Assembly: GCA_051867135.1 (NCBI GenBank) | Contig: JBJDYH010000223.1 | Span: 11,597 to 75,596 of the forward strand | Length of the DNA stretch: 64,000 bases | Reading direction: 5' to 3' | DNA from: Faecousia sp. | GTDB taxonomy: Bacteria; Bacillota; Clostridia; Oscillospirales; Oscillospiraceae | Shown: in pieces, positions 52,130 through 59,500 of the stretch | Numbering within the stretch: the stretch's first letter is position 1 | Layout of the letters: each line of letters begins with the position of its first letter | Position numbers and translations under genes: made by a program | Notes under the pieces: generated by a model | The model's input: the letters and a program-made list of their open reading frames with translations, nothing else | Told to the model about the DNA's origin: nothing | Database searches by the model: none

Positions 52130-52238
52130 GAGCTTTTCTACCCAAATTAATCGCCAATTTTTTGACAATATCCGGAAGTCCCTTATCGAAAGCTCTGGCA
52201 TCCATCTTTTAATAGGTGAATTGACATATTACAATTAA

Positions 52239-52328
52239 GCATACCAACAACCCACCAAAACTGTCGTGAACCTGAGGTTGTGTAAAATGCGCCTGCTGCT
52301 CATCTGTCAGTTAATTCCCCTAGCTATC
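52239..52328 (-). pseudogene. Decayed start of ART-PolyVal-type module
   Basis: Translates DS*GN*LTDEQQAHFTQPQVHDSFGGLLVC, matching DTQGRELSKAQQEYFKDSKVRNEN at 31.6 kb. Confidence 0.55.
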
Positions 52329-52499
52329 TTTGCATATATTGCTATCGTCAGACGAAAACCTATCCTAATAGGCACTTTGGCTGGGGCGACTTCCCCACAA
52401 AGTCAGTACATAGTTTCTGGCGCTGGTTTGAAATGAACCTTGATTTACCCGCCCATAATAGCTATAATGGTAAACAGAAAAGGATAAGGAGGAATCTGT

Positions 52500-52805
52500 A
52501 TGTCCGCTTTCTACGACCGGCTCAAAACAAAGATGCCAACCGACAATGAGACCAAAACAAGCTTAATTGGTTGGGCTTTTGAGATTATCTTTCTTCTGTT
52601 TGCCCACTTATTTATTCTTTTTTCGTTTGGAGCATTTGTCCCTATTATGCTGGCCCTTGCTTGTCTGAAAACAACTTGGTTAACGATCCTTTTGGCGGTT
52701 GTATGTGTAGGTATTTGCATTGTTTTATCCGCCGCCATCGTCATGGATATTTGTAAAATCATCTATTTGGTAAAAGAGATACGCCATATGGATAAGGGCA
52801 GATAG
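52500..52805 (+). CDS. Small two-TM membrane protein with its own promoter
   Basis: TTGATT-17-TATAAT promoter, AAGGAGG SD, hydrophobic hairpin. Confidence 0.7.
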   Translation: MSAFYDRLKTKMPTDNETKTSLIGWAFEIIFLLFAHLFILFSFGAFVPIMLALACLKTTWLTILLAVVCVGICIVLSAAIVMDICKIIYLVKEIRHMDKGR

Positions 52806-52924
52806 AAGTCCGTGCATGGCAATCCTCACTCCAGTAATACTGCATCGTGCAAATGGTAATTATCACTTCTGAACCGGATACAATATCTGCAGCAGCGTAT
52901 ATGCATATTCCACCTTTCTGAAAC

Positions 52925-53038
52925 AACGGAAGAAGCAGAACCTACGTCCGGCGGGGGAGTAATTCAGAAGAATCCTCTTGCCGCGCCCATCGGCTCTGCT
53001 TCCAAAAACACATTATCATAGAAAAGCAAGGGTGTCAA
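52925..53038 (-). ncRNA. Putative small hairpin RNA with sigma-A promoter, antisense to a polyvalent-protein remnant
   Basis: TTGACA(53038-33)-17-TAATGT(53015-10) with extended TG; stem gaagcagagcc/ggttctgcttc; plus strand reads NTLS*KSKGVKIDGVSFGNIL. Confidence 0.55.
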
Positions 53039-53101
53039 GATTGATGGTGTTTCTTTTGGGAATATTTTAAGTATGGTGGATTTGATTAGAGGTAATGGCT
53101 C

Positions 53102-53265
53102 TAGACTGTCGATAAACTCGGCAATTTGGGATTGAAGGGGGCGATTGAGAACATCGCCCCGCAGAAAAAACTCCCGTTTTATTGATATATTTGGGCAAAT
53201 TCGTAATATTTTACAAAGGGCCGATGAGGGCATCGGCTCCTACGACCACCTTTTTCGACAGTCTG
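53102..53265. mobile_element. 164-bp MITE with (T/C)AGACTGTCGA termini and REP-like doublet
   Basis: TIRs 53102-53112/53255-53265; internal ggggcgat..atcgcccc and gggccgatg..catcggctcctac hairpins. Confidence 0.75.
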
Positions 53266-53280
53266 AAGCCACCCGAAGGG

Positions 53281-53464
53281 GTGGCGCGGAGAAGGAGGGA
53301 TTTGTTTAATCAAGGTAGCAACCAGTTTTTGAACTGGTTGCAGCAATATGCCACCGGCATATTGCGATTTATAATTTTCAAATCCCTCCTTCTCCGCCCA
53401 AAAAAAGAAGCCACCCATTTGGGTGGCTTCCTTTTTTTGGCGGAGAAGGAGGGATTTGAACCCC
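53281..53464. repeat. Three tRNA-Ser 3'-end copies including probable prophage att site (53438-53463, minus)
   Basis: TTCAAATCCCTCCTTCTCCGCC at 53377-53398 (+) and 53439-53460 (-); degenerate copy 53281-53304; arm-like repeats tcat(a/c)tcaaaa at 53511-53533. Confidence 0.75.
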
Positions 53465-53567
53465 ACATAAAAACGGCAAAAACGCTTTAGAAATCAGCAC
53501 TTTTAGAAATTCATATCAAAACTCATCTCAAAAGTGTATTCCATAGGAATTGTCCATCAAACGCAAG

Positions 53568-56500
53568 TCACCCATTTTTAGCATCCAGCACCTGCTGTCC
53601 AACCTGTTTACTGTATGGGTTATTCTTAGCGCTGGTAGAGCCGGTGGCAATCTGCCAAAGGACAGCTTTCTGTTCCATAGTCATACCGGACATACTATCA
53701 ATGGCTGTCTGTATCTCTTTGTTCGAGTAACTGCCATTGCCGTCAGCATCGTAGTCGGACTTAATCTCCTGTAGCTTGATATAGTTTCTGGGTGTTACCC
53801 CGAAATCATAAGCTAACTCCACTTTAGCATATTGCTTCTCATCCATAGCACCACGGAGCGCCGAAAGCTGTATTGCTTCATTCGTGGAAAAATCAACACA
53901 TGTCTGCCATTTCTGAATATCGGTTACCTTATCATTACCCGGCTCCGGTTCCAAATCCTCTAAAGCATCGACAAGATACAACGCCTCATCCTTGGAAAGG
54001 CCAGCCTCCGTATATTCCAGATAGTCGTCTAAATCGCCATTTGCCTGTACCATAGTCAAATACTCATCAACAGTCATACCTTCTTGCATGGCATCCAGCA
54101 GTTTGGCATATTCCGTAGGCTTCCCGGAAGAAGTCTCCATATCGGTACCCATGAGCTCGCCTACCAGCAGAAGCTTCTCGTTCTCGGTCAAATCCGCATC
54201 AAGAATCACTTTCCGTTTGGCAGCCTTTTCGCCCCTCTCTAGCAGCTCAGCAGCCCGGTAGCCATACACAACATCCAGAATCGTTCCGGCATCCACGCCC
54301 TCATCGTCCAGTATATCCATAACCTTTTCCAAAGTCTCGGATTCAAGAATACCATAAACAGCGATTGTTTTTCCCTCATCAGAAATATTGCTGCTCCTGA
54401 TTATGTCCAACTGCACATCCTTTTTTGCTTTGTCTTTGGTTTTCTCAGCGCTTCGCAGCGCATCAATAAGTTCATAGGCATCTCGGGCTTTCACGCCGGC
54501 ATCCAGCATATCTTTGTACATAGCAGTTTGCTTTGCACCAAGGCTATCAAAGCCGCTCTCAACCCACTGCACGGCCTCAGGTACAGAGTTCTTGCCCATA
54601 ACCGCAGTACGCAGCGCATTTCCCAACGCTTCGATAGGGCTTTCCTTGTAAATCGGATACTGCAAAATGTCCTGACCATTTTTATCAACGGTGTAACTCC
54701 CGCCCTCGGAAAACGCCTTCAGACCCTTCCATGTTTTTGAAATCTGACCGCCGCCGAATGGTGGAATCACATAGGCCAGTTTGTTCAGCTCATCCTGCAC
54801 CTTCTTCCACTTATACCGTCCATCCCAATCATCATTGGTCAGCACATCGACGAGTACACTTAAATCCGGGATGGCAGAAGAAACAGGGATTCGTCCTCCA
54901 TCGGTTTCGATGCCAAACAATGTCAGAGCCGCAGAAAACGGCAATTCGCCCAGACTGCTCTTCGCAATATTCTTAACGGCCTCCCCAGCACCTTTTTTGT
55001 TGGTTTCAAAGGATACATTTCCGCTTACTATACTGCTCAAACTCGGAATTTTGTAACCGGTTGTGTCTCCAACAAAATCGTTGATCAGGCTGATTGGGTC
55101 AAGCGCAGGCCGTCTTCCGAACAGAAGCTCGAACAAATCGTTGAAAAGATACGCCCGAACAAAGTACGAAAGAAACGACATTGCGATCTTAAAAGCAGCC
55201 TGTCCACGATAATGCCGGGGCATATCCTTGAACACTTCGCTGTACTGGTTATTTACCTCAAGCTGGAACTGGGTAAACATCTTTATGATTGGATTTACTG
55301 AATGGAAAAGCGTAGGCATATCGCCCTTAGCTCGTCCTGCCATAACACCGGCGGCAAAAATATCCGCCTCATGCAAGGCTTCCGTCTCCGACATACCGCT
55401 TTGCAGGTTCTTGTAGTAAGCAGCACGAAGAAGCGTGTCCGAAGAGAAGTTATCCACGATATTCATAAGAATACCCGCGAGCTCAGAGGCCTTCTGAATC
55501 TTAGTCTTTACCAGAACATCACTACCCCGTCTGCTGGTCAGGAAATCCGACTTCCCCACAATGCCATCATCCGCATTCCGCAAAGTATCCCACATAGCCC
55601 GCAGCATATTCCTGTCGCCGACACGGCCGGCAGCCTGAACAAGGGGAATAAAATTCGTCATGGCAGAGCTCACATTGCCTACTACCATATTTGCGCCAAC
55701 CCGGCTGTTCAAGTTTTTTGCAAGACGGTAAAACCGATTTCTGCCAAAAAGTGCCTCAACTCCACGGTCAAGTCTGCTTTTTTTGTTAGCCAAAAGATTG
55801 GTGTACTCATCCAGCTCATTCACGAAGTTGCTCAGCGAATACTTGCCTTTCTCCAATGTTGACTTAATTAAGTCTTCCTTTTCCGTATCGCTCAAATCTT
55901 CTCTTGTGCGGATATTATCAACCTGCTTTTGGATACCTTCCTCGCTGGTTCGATAGCGTATTTGGGTGGCCAGCGCACGCAGGTTTTGGATATTCTCGGT
56001 ATGGAAGATTACATCAGACACGCCCTCAATGTACCGGTCAAAGCCCTCTACAGCGTCATACACGGTATTAAACCCCAAACGCTCCTGAGCATTGCCAAAC
56101 CAGGTAGTACCCGGCTTGAATGTATGGGTAAGGCCGTTTATGGTTGTGGGCAGCACATCTACCTGGGTATCAATACCAAGTACCTTACCGAAGTATGCCA
56201 TAATGCCATCGCCGCCGTCCGGCTGGAAATGGGGGAAGTATCCCTTACGGTAGCTTACCGGCTCATAGCCGAAGCGAACCCGAACTTCATTCATCATGGT
56301 AAACAACTCATCGTAAATCTGCCTGAACTGCTCCACGCTGCGCTGAATCTTGGCTTTATCCAAATTAGGATTACTTCCCCAAAGGTCAAGAATGACCGCC
56401 TGCCACTCCTCCAGCGTCTTACCATCCCGGGTCTTGATATAACCTTGTGTCTGCTTCAGTGATTCAATATTGTCCTGAGCCTCACCAAGAAGCTGAACAG

Positions 56501-59500
56501 CGTGGGCTTCGGAGACAACATTTCCTTTGGCAACTTTTCGGCTCAGATTCATATCTGCGACACGGTTGCGCATCTCCGTTTTGAATCGAGTACGCGCGGC
56601 TTCGGCTATCTGCACCGGCTCAAAGTAGGCGCTTAAAACCTGCTTGGCAATCACCTTATCGGGAACAATGTCATAGACATTCCTCGTCATGGTCTCGCGG
56701 CTGTACTGAATGCCCATGGCCTTATCTTTCCATTCGTTGGCAGTTTCCAGATAACTATCCGCTTTTTCAAACAGAGCTGCATGCACCTGCCGTTTATACT
56801 CAGTAATGGACTTCCGGGCCTCCTCATACTCCTTCTTGGCCTCGTAAACCTCCCGAATGCCTTCCACATTATCCTTGCTGGGGTCTAGCTGTTCCAGAGA
56901 CATTTCACCCCGCAGCAGCTTGCCAACAATTTCCTCGTCGGCCGCCGTAAGCAAATTTCTTCTCACGGCCCGTTCGGAATTCCGCCGGGCATTCTTCATT
57001 TTGTTTCCGGCTTCCAGAGCTTCCTCCACGGTGCGTACCTTGGGCATCTGAGCCTTTTTCTCGGCCTGTGCCGCTTTATCCTCGCCGAACCGGCGAACCT
57101 TCCACAGGTCATTCCTGAGCTCATCGATAACGCTGTCAAAGCTCTCCCGTGCTGCCTGCTTCATCGTTCCGGCTGCCACGCCATAGTATTCATCCAGGCT
57201 CTGCTTCTGTTTCACAATGGAGTTAGCAACTTCATACATCTTCACCAGTTGATCTGCCGGGTGGGTAATCTCCTCCGGGAACAGCTCCGGCGCCATGCCC
57301 CGCAGCTCATCGTAAAAAGTATCAACCGGAATACCGCCCTCATTGACGATCCTCAGCGTCCACCGGCTTCGCTTTTTGAAATCCAGAAAGTCCACAATAT
57401 CTCCCTGATCACGGGCATCCAGAGTGACCGCTGTAGTACGCAGCTTATCCTTGATATCCTTGTACTGGTCATAGAATTCCCGGTCTTCAATTTCTCCCTT
57501 GCGCCAAGCGTCTTCAAAAAGCTGGTCTGCTATCTCCTGAGATATCTTTCCGGTTTCCAAATACGCATCAGAAAGCTGTTGCACCGTACCCCTCAGAAAA
57601 TCTCTTGCCTCCGCGTAGGGAACGCCAAATGTGTTACGAAGCGCCTGAAAAGCCTTCCACTCCTTGCTTGTCAAAGTATCTCTTGCTTTCGCGGGAAGAT
57701 TTTCCCGAGCAATAGGCGTTACCTCCTCAGCTTCCAACGGCTCTGCCTTTGGCTCAGCCCTACCGCGCATTTCTTCTACCTCTCCGGCAATCTGCGCCTC
57801 GTCCGCATCTTGGTAGCTATCGTCAAACGAAAATGTTTCCTTTGCTAAATATGTATCATAAACCGATTTATCTCCGTATTCAAAGATATCCATGAAAGGA
57901 ACGCCCTCAGTCTTGACATTTGAGCCTTCATAAGATATACTACCTATGTAACCACCCTGAGTGCAGGTGATAGGCGCAGAGAGGCCTATCGCCGAAAGCA
58001 GACGGGTGGTTCTTTTTTTGTCCGCGTATAGTACATCGCTCGACTCAAGGAAAAACCTTCCGTTTTCATCGGCATTACGATTCCGGGTCTCAGTCTTTGT
58101 ATAAACACTATTAACTTTCTGCATATCGTTAATATAAAAACCTTTTTCCACAGGGTGCATATCAAAGACGACAAGAACAGGACGCCTATTTTCGGCTAAA
58201 ACAGAACCATACAGAATCAATCGAGAGTTTATACCCTTGCTGGTCAAAATTAATATGGGATCTTCAAGGATTTTTGGAATATCTGCCAAAATATCAATAG
58301 AAACTTCTGGATGATCGTGGAGTATTTTCTTTGCCTTTTCCGGGGTTAGGTATATATCACTTTCGATACCTCCAAGTGCTTGGATCACACTTCCTGTGCT
58401 TCCAAGAATGAATGTAGGGACATCAGTGCTTTGCCCAAATCTATTCCAACTGCGAATATCTTCAGCAAAAGCAATAGCCTCCCCTGAGTAAACGCCCGGC
58501 CTTTCAGTAGAAAACCTCTCCACCGGCGGCCCGGTGGGCTGCTCCGTACCGTTCTCCTGCATCTGCAATCGTCCGACACCGTTTTCGTCCATCCATCCTC
58601 TCACGCCCTCTGTGAACCTGTCAGCCCCAGCGCCAAAGGCATTGATGCCTGCGTATGCGTCCGCGAGAACTTCCTCCACACACCGTCTGAAGGTTTCCTC
58701 GTACTCATCGGCAGAGGCATTCTCTTGACAGCCATAAATCGCCCAAAGGTTATCCTTGTAGGTATCCAGTACCCGGCTAAACTCCTCCATGGAATGCTGC
58801 TCCATAATACTTTCCGCAAGGAAATCGACCATAGAGCGAAGCTCGTTTGATTTCCAGTGGAAAATCTCATGGTCACCGAGCTGCTCCACAGAAACTTTGT
58901 TGTCCGCCTGAAGAATAATCTTATCGGATTGGAAAACACCCCGAGCATAGCCAACGCGGCCGTCAGACCTGGCAACCTCGATGCCGCCTATTACATAAGT
59001 AACCGTGCATCCCGTTTCCTCATAAATCTGCTTGGCAGTAAGCTGCAATTCGGCGTCCCAATGGCTCTCAGGGATTACTAAGAGATTCTGCGCATCTGTG
59101 CCGTTCTGTAGACCCAGTTCCTTGCTGCTGACATTCTGGATTATGCCTTGTCGCCGTAAATCATTCGCAGCATTCTGTCTTTGAACGCTTGCCACTGTGC
59201 CTGAGTAGGCTGCGGGCCGTTTCCCTGCTGCGCGGCTTCCCAGGCTTCCAGCTTGCTCTGCGGTACCCGGGTCAGCATACCGTCCCTGCCCTCCATCAGA
59301 TACACCGTTTCCTGTGACGGTTCCGGGCTGGGTAACTGTAGGGGTCTGGGTTCGTTCGTTGCTGTTTGCATTTACTGTACCTCCGTTCTTATTTGTAAAG
59401 TTAAACTTATTGCCAATCCTACTTACCGCTTCGCCAGTAACTTCTTTGACGGTCTTGGACTGAACCTCTTTGGTCGCCCGAGCATAAGCCCGGCCCTCTG

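Noticed and set aside
53377-53464. Possible complete tRNA-Ser
   Set aside because: Only T-loop and acceptor 3' strand present; no D or anticodon arm
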